From Enoplolaimus lenunculus (lineage: Eukaryota), in contig JASANG010002125.1 in NCBI GenBank assembly GCA_030248215.1, forward strand, positions 1 through 64,000: DNA of 64,000 nucleotides, in the 5' to 3' direction. The translations under genes were made by a program, and so were the position numbers. Shown here piece by piece: positions 27,638 through 49,946 of the stretch. Positions within the stretch are counted from its first letter, which is position 1. Each line of letters begins with the position of its first letter. Below the pieces are notes generated by a model. It saw nothing but the letters and a program-made list of their open reading frames with translations. It was not told where the DNA came from and did not search any database.

Positions 27638-27992
27638 ACTCTGTAAAAACTTAAACTTAAATTATAGCTGAACTAAACTTGAATATTAGTTTAAGTAAAA
27701 CTTAAATGGCTGAGCGGAATAACTAAACTAGAATTTTTTAGATAAACTAACGTGTTTTAAGTTGAGCACGTGTTTAATTAAACTTATTTTCAGTTTAAGT
27801 AACAAGTACAGCCCAGAAATTATGTGAAATCTAAAAGTTCATTAGATTTAGCTTAAACTGAAAAAAATATATATGGATTTAAATTACTTTAAGCCTAAGC
27901 CAACCTGTTAGTTTAGTAAATCTAGAAACTTAGTTTAATACTGCCGGATTAGCTTAAGCTTAAATCAGGTTAGTTTAAGCTTTTATAGACTA
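27638..27992. mobile_element. Degenerate MITE rich in TTAA(A/G)C/CTAAAC hexamers, ~155 bp upstream of the TRIM9 ATG
   Basis: Imperfect TIR tactctgtaaaaacttaaact / agtttaagcttttatagacta. Confidence 0.45.
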
Positions 27993-28147
27993 ATGCGTAT
28001 CGTGAAGAAATGCTTCAAAATTAGCAGATCGCTGACACAGTTTATATATCTGAATTAATTTTTAGTGATTTAAGAATCTATAAATTACTGATGATTTTAC
28101 TTATTCTAACCTGAATCCATATTATCAAATCTTGGTGTGACTTTACC

Positions 28148-38103
<9,956 letters not shown>

Positions 38104-39220
38104 TAATAATAATTTACTATTGCGGTGACAATTTAAATTTATTATTTAAAATTTAGAAAAAAGTTCAATTTCAATCCGGTTAACTTACCCTTGCCGTCTG
38201 ATCGTATAAAAACAGCCATGCATAATTAAAATTCTTACGAATATGTGTATGGATATGAGAAAACAGTTACAGTTGGTGTTTTATCGTGGGAAAATTGTGT
38301 ACCTCATTCGTTCGATGACGCAAACGGCCTCCTGAAAGCGTCGGTATGTTTTGAATGTATTCGCGAAACCTGTTTCGTTTGACGTCATCAAAACCCAATA
38401 ATCGCTTACATTGAATAACGTCGTTGAAAGATGACATTCACCATTGAAGTTTGTATTCGACAAAAGATTAATTTGTGTGTCGATTTTTTCCTCAAATGCT
38501 CCATATAACATTACACAGGATCAAAAATCGACTATGATACAAACCCTGCAAACATGACCGATGCCTCAAATGGTTTATTCCACTCTGGCGAAATCGTTGC
38601 CTGTACCTGAACCCGAAACCAAAATTAGGTGAACCATAAATTGCCTTCTGCCAGCTGGAAAGCTTCAACGGTGCTTGATTATGAGATATTTATTTATGCC
38701 CTGATATACAATACTGAAAACTATGCTGATCAACTGCCACTGGGACATGATAGTACTAACTTTATTCTATGTAAAGATCAGAGGCGGAACGTTTTTCTGC
38801 GGACTGCAACTAGGCGTAGTAATATGCTTATACTGCTGTTACGACCCTGTTCTATAGATTGACCCTAACGTTAAAGAAATGGTAACTTCTATGATCGTGC
38901 CAGTGGTGTCAAACGTAAATCAAGCGGTGGGCTGTATTGATGGATCCGACCGTTCCCACCCGAATGGCTCAACTGAGTCCACGAATGGATGTACAGTTTT
39001 GAATTCGAATTCGTATGGACTTGGACAGCTTAAACAATTTGGTCGTTCTCTGAATGTCAACTTTTCTTTTCATGGATCTCTTCTCGCCGCAGAATCCAGG
39101 TTTATAGACATTGTATCGATGCGACTGGTACTTAATTTCTATGTGTAACTGCGATTTTATTGTTAACGAAAAGCGAAGTAGTTGTGTCATTGTTCAAAAT
39201 TATATATTAATATTAATATC

Positions 39221-39537
39221 ATCAAGAGTGGATAATCGCTATTTAACAAGAGTGTGCAACTGGGCACATTCTGTGTAGAAAAGAATGTACCCGGCACGCG
39301 TTGCGTTTTTTGCCCTACTCCCCCTTTATCCAGACGGGGAACATCCGGTGCGAATCATGGCACTTTATGTATGCGGCGTCAAACATGCGCCCGTTTTAGT
39401 TTAATTTAGAGGTATTCAATGTTATAACTATCTCCCTCTATACCAGGGGGTCGGCCAAACACGCAACACCCTGTGGTGCATTTTGTACCACGCGGAACCC
39501 CAAGAGTTGCACACTCTTGTATCATGCACTCTTGATA
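39221..39537. mobile_element. Probable MITE with doubled CAAGAGTG terminal motif
   Basis: Inner inverted repeat acaagagtgtgcaact / agttgcacactcttgt and outer atcaagagtg / cactcttgat. No clear TSD. Confidence 0.45.
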
Positions 39538-41660
39538 ACGTTAACCTTGAGTCTAAAACGGGATTGAATGTTTCATTCGTGTCAAAATATACGATTTCGA
39601 ATTGAACTCAAGTTGCAAATTTCACATTTTCATGTCCATTTTCGAACTTTTATTTGCTATAGTTCGGGCGGCCCATGTACAGAACAGGGCCGGAACGTTT
39701 TCCGGCAGGGCTGTAATACAGTCAGTTTAAGCTTTACACTAACTTTTTTCTCAAGCTTCGGCTTAGGAATCCGCTTATACTACTGTTTCGGCCCTGTTCT
39801 GATTCGGACTATAAAAGACGCAACAGTTTGCTCAATGGTAATATTAGCTTGCAACGGCAGTAGAAATTTATTTTTTCGTGATAATGCATCATTTTGGATA
39901 AGTATATTAAATGACTCTTCGCAAGGCGTGATAGACGCCCTGCGACTACGAGGGTCTCGTAGGATACTCGGAAAAGTTGGTGTCGCTTAACCGATCTTCT
40001 TAAGTTGTTCGGTTAAAATATGGAAATTCAATTTTTAGCACAAATTTTAAAATAATTTAGTAGAGTAGAACAGAATTGATTTGGAGAAGTTTATAAAATT
40101 ATGTAGTCAACTTGGATAACGGGACATTGTATGCTTTGCGCTGCCATTTTTTAAAATGTATTTTATTTTGAATTTTCAACTGTTTGTTTGAAATTTGTCT
40201 AAATTTGCTATAATTGTGATGAAACACAATCATCTGATGTTTAATACCTAGAATTTGAATCGGTAGTCAAAGCACGAGAATGTTAAGTGGATGTATTAGA
40301 ACAATTTTCGACATAAAAATCGGCCAATTGTATAGAGCAGGGCTGTAACAGTAGTATAAGCATATTCTTAAACCTAAGAGTAAGAATCAGTTTATAGGTA
40401 AGCCTAAGCAATAATTAGTCTAAAGCTTAAGCTTACTCTATTGCAGTCCCGCAGAAAAAAAGTTCCTCCCCTGAACATTACATGGGTTCCTGTATCATTA
40501 CAAGCTTCTCATGAGGCATATGACTCGTTCATCATAAATTACTAAAATTGCTTTTAATGATGCCGCTATCAGACATATTGAGTGATGGTGTTTTAATAGC
40601 CTGCAGACCTGATTTTTACACGGGCCTTTCATTATGGTTATAATGAAATCTATTTGGTCATTTTGGTTCCAAGCTTGCCCAGAATGATATCTAACTGAAC
40701 CAGCATTGCAAACAGGCACAATTTGCAGCAGTTTTCTCAAGAGAAAAAATTTTAATGCCTGTGAAATTGAGTGTCAAATTTTGGAACCAAAACTTAATCG
40801 ATTGAATATGAATTGTACAAAATAACAACATAGAAAATAAACATGCTATAGTTGTATGATGTGGTGTTGAGCGTAAACCTTTTATCAGCTGAAATTCAAA
40901 AACAGCCTCAGTTTGGGGCTTTCAAACCCATATGATGCGGATGACAGGGTGCAACAGGAGGTAATTTCAAAAATTCTTTCCTGAAAATTGTGACTAAAGT
41001 AAAATGATACTGCGCTAAATAGATAAATTTTGCAAAATTATGCAAAATTTTACTACTGAAATTGCCGGAATCTCCGGCAAAAATTGTACCAGACCAGGAG
41101 GCCGTTTTTCTGCCGGAGCCGTAGGCAGACGTCTGGTTTCCTGGCGGACCACACACATCGCTTTATGAGAAGAACTTTACGTCTAAATTCCTTCGATGTA
41201 GTTGATAGTTAGCAACATAAAGTTTCAACGTAAATTTTAAATAAACTTTTGTATTGTTTTCGTAAACTTCTTTGAAAAAATATGTGCAATTTTTTGGTTC
41301 CCCCACAAATTTTTTCGCTAGCAGTAACATATTTTAAGACGTACCGCAATTTGCGTTAATAAACTTTTACTTTCCGAACATAAGTTAGTGATGAATAACA
41401 ACAAGTTGAAAAAGTATTGTTAAATTAAAGTCGGGAAACGTTTATTTAAGTCGGTAAAAACTGTTTAAATTTTTGATTGCAATCATTTCACTTTTTGATA
41501 TTGATTATCCTCATTAGCATTTTTAAGGGTATATATTTTAACAAAATTCCCGCAAAGTTACTGGTTAACAATTTCAAAGAATACTGATTATTACGGGCAT
41601 TGTATGCCCTGTAGCCCATTCTAAATATAGTGGTAATTGTAGTTATATTAATAGTGCCAT

Positions 41661-42340
41661 TATGCGGGGTTCACGTTATAACCGGGTCAGGCGGAACACG
41701 GTTTGTCCTATGTTGATTCGACGTCAACGTTAAAATTCGGGCTCTTATATCGGGTCAACAGACAAAACTCGAATGTCATATGACATTTACTTACAAACCA
41801 CCGCTCTCAAACGATCAATGTATACAAGCGACGGTATGTCACGTGATACTGTGGGACATTTATGCGAATATCATATGATATTCCAAAATTTCAACGAATA
41901 TCATATGATATTCAGCGGGACAGTGTAATCTTTGGGTACTAACAATGAATGAAATGTTGAACGGTAGCGGCAGAAATGTGCTTTAAATACCAAATACACG
42001 CCTGCAAATAGTTTCCGACACAAAATCGCTCAAAACCACAGCTTCATAATTCAAAAATTCAAATTTCAAATTCTAGTATCATATGATATTCAACAGTACA
42101 ATTTGGGTATGTTACCTCAACTATGCAGACATTTGAAAATGTATCATATGGTATTCGCAGACAATACCTCGAATATCATATGATATTGAAGGACAAAAGT
42201 GACGTACACATGATATTAGCAGACAAATACGAATTTTTGAATACGATATGGGGTCTACAAGCAGACAAAATGTTACCCAGTAGTCGAATAGGGACAAAAC
42301 GTGTCCCAAGCTGCCCCGGTTATAACGTGAACCCCGCATT
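41661..42340. mobile_element. ~680-bp non-autonomous DNA transposon (hAT-like, 8-bp TSD)
   Basis: ~50-bp TIR atgcggggttcacgttataaccggg... / ...ccccggttataacgtgaaccccgcat. TSD agtgccat/agtgacat. Internal repeated palindrome TATCATATGATA. Confidence 0.85.
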
Positions 42341-42705
42341 AGTGACATTGTCCGGTCCATAACCCACTTTTTTTATGGACCCACCAGAAGCCTGGACGCC
42401 TCTTAAAGTAACATGGACCCAAACAAAGATGAGACTTTTTAGAGGGCCGAAATTGTTTCAGAAGGCGCTGAGCCTTTACTTTGGCTGCGGACCCGAATCG
42501 TTGAAACTACAGCTCTAACGAAAGAAACAAACGCAAACTATTTATTTTAAGGCATTCGTATGTACTTATTTTCACCAAACATAAATGTTTTCCTAAAAAC
42601 TGCAAAAAATTGCACAAAGTTTCAAAAATGGTATCAAGCCATTAACAACTCAGATTGATTTGAATTTTTAAAGTAATAACAACAGAATTTAAACTTTGTG
42701 AATTC

Positions 42706-43628
42706 GGAACATATTACATTTTAGGGCCATACCGTTTTCTGGTGTGATTGTAAAAAGCAGGCTTTACATTTTAGACTCTATTTCTTGCTTAGGTTTACAT
42801 TTTTTCAATGTATAAGGCTTACGATTAGGGGCCCATGTAAAGATCCGGAACGTTTTTCTATGAGACCAGAAAAGATTAAACTTAACCTTTAGACTAATTT
42901 TTTTGCTTTGCTTTATTAGGCTTAGGCTTAGGGATATGCTCGACATACGCTTAGGCTTAGGAATATGCTTATAATACAGTTCCACCCCTGTTGTTTACAT
43001 AGGCCGGATTAGAAATCTAATATGTAGTCAGTAACATAGCAGCAGCATTCCAGTTACTATAACTGTTTTGCAACTTTCAAAGATAGTGCCTGCATGTCCC
43101 CCATCTTGGCAAACCTGCGTTTTCTGAAACCTTTTAATGTCACCGCTTATTTCGGTTAAGCCTTCGTGCCGAACAAGCTAAAAGCCTCCAAACCACAAAA
43201 AACAATGAACACGTGAAAAAGTCTCAATTTTTCATGATCGTTAGTCTGGCCCATGTTACTTTTAGGGCTGTCCCGATTTCTGATGGGTCTGTAAACGAGT
43301 AGGCTTACATTCTAGACTACATTTTTTTGCTTAGGCTTAGGAATCCGCTTTTGCAATGCTTAGGCTTAGGCTTAGGGGACAATGTAGAGAACAGGGCCGG
43401 AACAGTAGTATAAGCATATTCCTGAGCTTAAGCTTCAGCCTAAGCCTAAGCGTAAGAATGAACCTATACCTAAGCATAAGCGTAAGCTTTAGCCTAAGCA
43501 AAAAATAGTCTAAAGCTTAAGCTTACTCAATTACAGTCCCATCAGAAAACGTTCCGGCCCTGTTCTATACATGGGCCGGCTTAGGAATACGCTTAATCTA
43601 CTGTTACGACCCTAAAAGTAACATTGAC
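42706..43628. mobile_element. Two nested pairs of family A MITEs: 42830-43005 inside an older copy starting 42706; 43377-43577 inside 43248-43628
   Basis: Inner copy 43377-43577 has a perfect TSD ggcttagg. Outer copy has TSD gttagtct/gttagtca. Copy 42830-43005 has TSD cgattagg/ggattaga. Confidence 0.85.
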
Positions 43629-44359
43629 CGTTAGTCACATATGCAAATATACCATCATTTTCAGCTCGTTTCGTTGAATGTTTATTGTAACTATAAAAGC
43701 AGTTGACTTTACAACTGAATGAAAGACATCGATTCCGCAGTTGCTTCATTGAGCCTGCGCCTGAGTTACATTCAACTCAGTATTCGAAATCGCTGAATCG
43801 CCGCAATAGTAAAATACATATTTCTTAAATAGTTCGCAACTGTTCAACTCAATTCGACTGAAAATGTATTAAAACTTGTAGTATCAGCATCCGTTCACCC
43901 CAAAATTACTGATATTAATACCCTAATTTTACCCATACTGATACATCGACGCAACACCGCCTTTTCGCACAGTTTTACAGCATCTACCTAAAACGCTTAA
44001 AATACTTCCAAATATTTTAACTTAAACACTTCGCCTACTATATATCTCAGTCTTATCCATATTTGTTACTGCCATTTGTATTTTACATGTTAAAAACAAA
44101 CAGAATCCGCATAAAATTTAAAATTTCGCCAAAATCACATGACCGACTCTCGTCGCTAAAACAGTTACATAATAAATATGTTGACGACTAAAACAAATAC
44201 CAATAAATTGCGTTCGCATTTATATGCCGAAAAGGTAAACATTAATCAATGTTGTGACAAAACAGACCAAAAATCAATCACATGTTGAAAAGGCACATTG
44301 AATAAATACTTAGATAATGTTTCATAACAAACGGTGGCACTATACTGATCGTGCAGCAC

Positions 44360-44510
44360 CGTACGTCGCCGCTCATCGCCGTGTGGCATTCGTACGTCGC
44401 CGCTCATCGCCGTGTGGCATTCGTACGTCGCCGCTCATCGACGTGTGGCATTCGTACGTCGCCGCTCATCGCCGTGCGGCATTCGTACGTCACCGGCCAT
44501 CACCGTGTGC
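44360..44510. repeat. 31-bp CpG-rich minisatellite, ~4.5 units
   Basis: Unit cgtacgtcgccgctcatcgccgtgtggcatt repeated head-to-tail with no spacers. Confidence 0.95.
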
Positions 44511-45991
44511 GGTATTGTACGCAAGCAATGCGCCTACGATACGGCACGGCGACGAACGGCCCCTGACGACAATAATTCTTTTAAAACTAAGGCGTGCCCC
44601 CTAACATGCTTTTTCAATTTTATAATTGCAAAATTATTTTATTAGCGGTTGAGTTGTTATAAGATATTGCACCAAAATTCCACATTTTACCTCTAGTGTA
44701 TAGCGGCACTGAACTTTTCACACCAAAATTTCACTAAAACAATATTACAGCAAAGTTTTTACGCATGCTAACAACATAATTCATGGGTGCACCAAAAGCA
44801 AAATACATAAAGAAATATCACAGCATTTATATGTAACTGCGTGCGGTATATATTAACAAGCAAATATAAACAGCGTATAACATTTAGACAGAAACGAACT
44901 CAAATGACACTAGGATTTTAAAAACTAAAAAAATCAAGTTCCAACATTATCAAAGGTGGAAACATCAGATGCTGACTGAACAAAATATTGGACAAAATCA
45001 GAGTATAAGTTAACCATTTCAACAAACCATGTCTATAAAAAGAGGAACAAGGCGCATCCCTGACATTATGAGCATCAAATTTTAACCCAAAATTTTCATA
45101 AAAATCATAACAATTAAACATTTTTCCAACGAATAAATATAATTTTAAATGAATACATTTAACACAGACTTGAAATTGAACTCCATCATTTTCTTTATTA
45201 AAGATCATCTCGTACTTTGATGGGGGCCTTACAAGTTTTGCACTATCACAACCTGCCTTCGTGCCACGTACACACCTTCCTTCAAAAACAGACAAAAAAG
45301 CAAACAGAAAGAAGTATTAATAAGCTTGCCAAATGGATGAGATTTGCATCCGTACAGATAGAATAACGCAATTAACTACAGAATAAATTATAGAAAAAAA
45401 CAGCAAGTACATACTATGTAAGAGAGCGCTGACGACGGGTTAACGGGTTTGACACTTATCGATATCCTGCTTAGTGCATCAATTAAACGGTGTGAAATAC
45501 TGCACCTTTTTAAACGTTCGGATCAAGTTGCAACAAAATGCGAAAAATTGAACTTTCGGTTGCGAAAGAAATCTTTTACACAATAATTAGATATAATTTA
45601 CACCAGTGAAACAAGTCAGTATAGTTAAATCTGAGCAATAGTAAAGTATTACTAAATCGTTTAATCGGTATATAACGCTGAGAACGCAATAAAAAATGCA
45701 CAAATGTTGTTAAATCATTACCACTTACATTAATTGAATACTACGTTGGCAAGCTACGTACCAGTAAGCTTAAACATCTCGCAATCCTATTCTAAACGGG
45801 AAAACAGTTGCATGCGCAATTTTAGATAACAATAATTATCCTGCTTACGAATGTTATTCACATTCACGCTGACGACGGAGAAGTCAAGTAATCAGACTCA
45901 GTTTGATACGCTACAAAATTTCAGCTCCACAGCTGTCGCTATTCGCAGATTTGAAAACCTATCGCTGCGGCCAATAAATTTTTCATTCTTT

Positions 45992-48573
45992 TCATTCTTT
46001 AAACCGCTGAACTATAAAATTGTTGCCAACGTCTTTTTTATAGCCAAATTGCGTATAAAAGTCGACAAGATGATCTTTGCATTCGAGCGACATTTTGTAA
46101 CAGCCAACGGCTTTACCCAACAATGTTAATGTTTCTAATAATCTAAAATACAAACAGATTTTGAAAGTTGATTATTCTCGTAGCGTAACTAGTTAAACCG
46201 TGAATGAATGCTGTCCAGAACAAGACGCCCATTACCCACCCTATGGACAGGGCGTGGTAAGGACAAAATGCAACACAATAACTTTTCAAAGAAATAATCC
46301 AGTGGAATTATGAGCGTATAAATTCTAAACGTTTACAACTTGCTTCTCCTGTCAAATAAACAAGTTTATTTTGAAAGTTGAATTAGTTAATTTTGTTCTA
46401 AACTTCGTCAAGAAATACAGTCAATGTGTTTGCGGATACGCAAAATATATCTGAGGACACATAGGATGTACTGGAATATAAAAACTCTAGACTCACAATT
46501 TTCCCAACTGTTTGCCTCTGTATTCGTCAGACACGACTATGTCTTCTATGCGTCCCCTCTGAAATCAAATTCGACAAAATTGAAAAAAGCAACTTGAGCT
46601 GAAAAACGCGACAGGCACAATGTACATAGCTTGATTCGAATTTTCTTCGATAAAATTTAAAACCAAACTTTTTGGGATAATCTGAAAAAACAAAAACGCT
46701 GCGAACATGTAAAGCTAGGGAATGTCCCAGCAGTTTACAATTGAGTGAAACTAATAAACCGTCCTTACGAAAACACTTGTGCCAAAACTATGTAAACGTA
46801 CCAATCCTGTGCTGTGAATAAATTTGTATTCTACTACAAGCGTTCCGCACCCAATAATTCGATTAATCACAGTATCTTCGATGACGATTATGTAATATGT
46901 ATTTGGACATTGAGTCATGAGTTTGAACTGAGCTAGAAATTAAATAACAATAATAAATACCAGCAGCGAAGCCCGTGGTATAAAAAAGAACCTCTCAGTA
47001 TTTCTTGTCACAAAGGCTATGATACCATTATTCATTACCCAAAGAAAACTTGAATAGAGAAAATTCTGAGAAACAAATTAACAAGAGCTATGCTACAGTC
47101 AACAATTTTAATTTGCCTCTAAAACCAACAGATAAAATCTCAGTTAAGTCACAACTTGAAACCAAGTTTTTTAAAGGCTAACCTGAAACAAATCATATGT
47201 TCAATAACTGCTAAAAGCTATATATTTTGTGGCAACTTACATTGAAACGCATCAAGTGACACATTACCCGTAATTGTGAGTTGGCTCAACAGATCCATGA
47301 CACCTATAAATTAAAAAATGGACAATCATGTTTCCATTAGCAATAAATCCTAACAGCAAAGTTTTTGAACGTGACGGCATACATAAACGTATAAAATGTA
47401 CAAACATACAACTGATGCAATGCCTGATGCACTATTGATTGAGACAAGAACAACCTATCTCATCGCTTTTGCGGGCAAATACTTAGGGGTGCAAACTTAA
47501 AAACTTTCGCAAAACAATTCATACGAACGTTATAACGGACGTTTCTATTCATACTAGCCCCAACGTGCTAAATTTTCATACGTCATAAAGAAACATATGT
47601 ACACAGAGCAAAAGGCATTCATAAACAAACCTAACTCAAAATCGCTTATACACAGCGGCCTCAAAACCAGATCGTCGCCGGGATTTGTCGGTGAAATGCC
47701 ATGCTTAAATGTTGCGGATCGTTTCTCCCAGTCGATAGCCTTCAAGATTTCTGGTGAAAACAACCATTGCCAGCAAAAATCATTTTCTACATCACCGTTC
47801 TATAAAAAGGCACCATATTGTGGTTGTTATGAAGGAAACAAAACAACAACGAATACGCTTTGTAACACTTTAGGCATTTGTCAGACTTAATAGGAACGAT
47901 CGGGAAAACGGCATATTAAACCTTTTTATGTAGCAGTAGAAAAACCAGGTATCAGAACATTTTCATCGCAATCATTTCAGATTTTTAGGCAAGCGCTTTA
48001 TCGAAACACCACGCAGCCAGTTTCTCCGACTGCTTTTTGACTTCCACTACACCTGTTTATAACTGTGCTACCACCAGCGAAGCATACCACTGGACACTGG
48101 ACCCTTCCTACACCCCGACACGGCGCGGCAATTTAAGACTGCGAAGACGGTTTAGCCACATATCCGTCTTACACAGCAACGTTCGGGTGGTTAGACCTGC
48201 TTCTTCAACTAAGCGGTTAGAAAAAAGCCAGTAGTTTCAAACTCACGACCTACCAAAAACTCTTTAAGAGCAGTTGGGTTTTCAGGTTTTTCAGCCTTGA
48301 GCCTCAACATTACACTTATGTATCTTGGTTATTCCATGTTTTACAGCTGTCGCATTAAACAATAAGCTTCAAGCAATTTTCGATAAAACTCAGCAGAAAT
48401 ATCGGAATTCCCACAGCGAAATATAAATGAAGTATAAGCGTAGAGGAAAGAATACAGAAAACTTGTGATAACATTATATTAAACTATTCCGGTGTCGATC
48501 AAAAACTCACCATCACTACAGTTGCGGAAGTCTTCTGTTCAACTGATCCTCCTGAGCAAACATCACGTCTCAT
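45992..48573 (-). CDS. GNPNAT1: Glucosamine-6-phosphate N-acetyltransferase (GNA1, GNAT family), ~212 aa
   Basis: Exons 48573-48511 (first exon less certain), 47799-47631, 47303-47241, 46932-46802, 46558-46497, 46142-45992. GT-AG with compatible phases. Motifs ISPTNPGDDLVLRPLC, LLSQLT, YYIIVIED, TLVVEYKFIH, RGRIEDIVVSDEYRGKQLGK, GCYKMSLEC, FYTQFGY. Confidence 0.95.
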
Positions 48574-49946
48574 AACAGTATTCACCGCGAAATTAAAAAT
48601 CCAAAATCAATCAATGTGACATGAAAGCACAGTAAATTAACTAAATATGGCACAAAAAATAATGAAATTAAGAATTAAAACATCCAGCGTACCATCGGAT
48701 CGTAGTGTATAATTTCGGCACTATTTAAAAGAGAAAATATTGTTACAAAAACGGACAAATGTACGACAATAAACCTTATAGAATCTCAAGACTACGATAC
48801 TAAATGATGCTTCTTCTAATTCTCCTGATGCTCATTTTCATATACACTAGCTAACTATTTAGGTGCTCATAGACGATTACTAATGTAAACCTAAAATGTT
48901 TTTATATAACGGAATAAAATAACGTATAAAATAGTGCACTAGATTAACACTGACACTTTTAGCCTTATTTACTGCAGGTGTGCAACACGTTTTTTTTGCC
49001 ACACTCCAGCAGCGATACACGTTCTCAAAGCTACAATTTAAGACTTCTTTTTGTTCATAATATCCTGAATTCGAAAACTAAACTAGAGCGCGATCCACAC
49101 AGTCATCACACAAACAAAATACTTGCAGTTCAAACAAAGCTTTTATTTAAAGGCGGCGGTATAACAAGAGTTCACTTTGACTTCAGAATAGATCATCGCA
49201 TTACCCCAAAACCGCTTAGTCCGAAAGATCCGACTAACAAAGCGCCCGGCATTTGGAAACGATCGAGTTTACGATCCCATTCGATCCAAAACTACAGTTT
49301 TCGGAGGATATGATGATGACGTCAAAACCTTTAACTTCTTGCTCTCTTCGCTCTCAGAACTTAAATTTGGTGCAACGTCACTCTATGTAGAGCAAAACGA
49401 ATTTTTTTATCTAAAAGGCTCAAAATTTAGGTTATAAGTGGTAATCCTGGCAATCTTTAAGCACGTATTCATGCGAGTTCCAAATTTTTTACCTTTTACG
49501 TTTTTCACTTTTTTATTTAGTCATCAGTCCTGATACTCCTATTTGTTTAGCTGTATGCTTCTGTTAAAGAGGAATCGCAAAGCTAGTAAAAACAGTAGCT
49601 TGAGGAAGTGACTTGGAATACTTAAGTGGGGCAATAGAGCCGAAGTTAATTGACTTTGCTGCATGTAGTGTGCTTAGTATTTCATGATTGTGCACTCCTG
49701 TAACATATTGCGAAATACCTCATCTTAGTTGCATTACTAAGAAGAATAAGAGGAGATTGGAAATAAAGGTCTCAGTTATTTTTCACAAAGACAACATTTT
49801 CACCCAATTATTTTTATATTAAAAAATGCCAACAATGGACGAAAATAAAACACAAGGGATGGCCAAAACGCGTAATTTTCGTATAATTCTGCTTTCATAG
49901 CGGTTATCAAGCAAATAGTGCATTGGATATTTAATTTATTATTAGA

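Noticed and set aside
44317..44645. 31-bp repeats as a CRISPR array or repeat protein
   Set aside because: Units are contiguous with no unique spacers, the context is eukaryotic, and there are no cas genes. The ORFs are by-products of the repeat.
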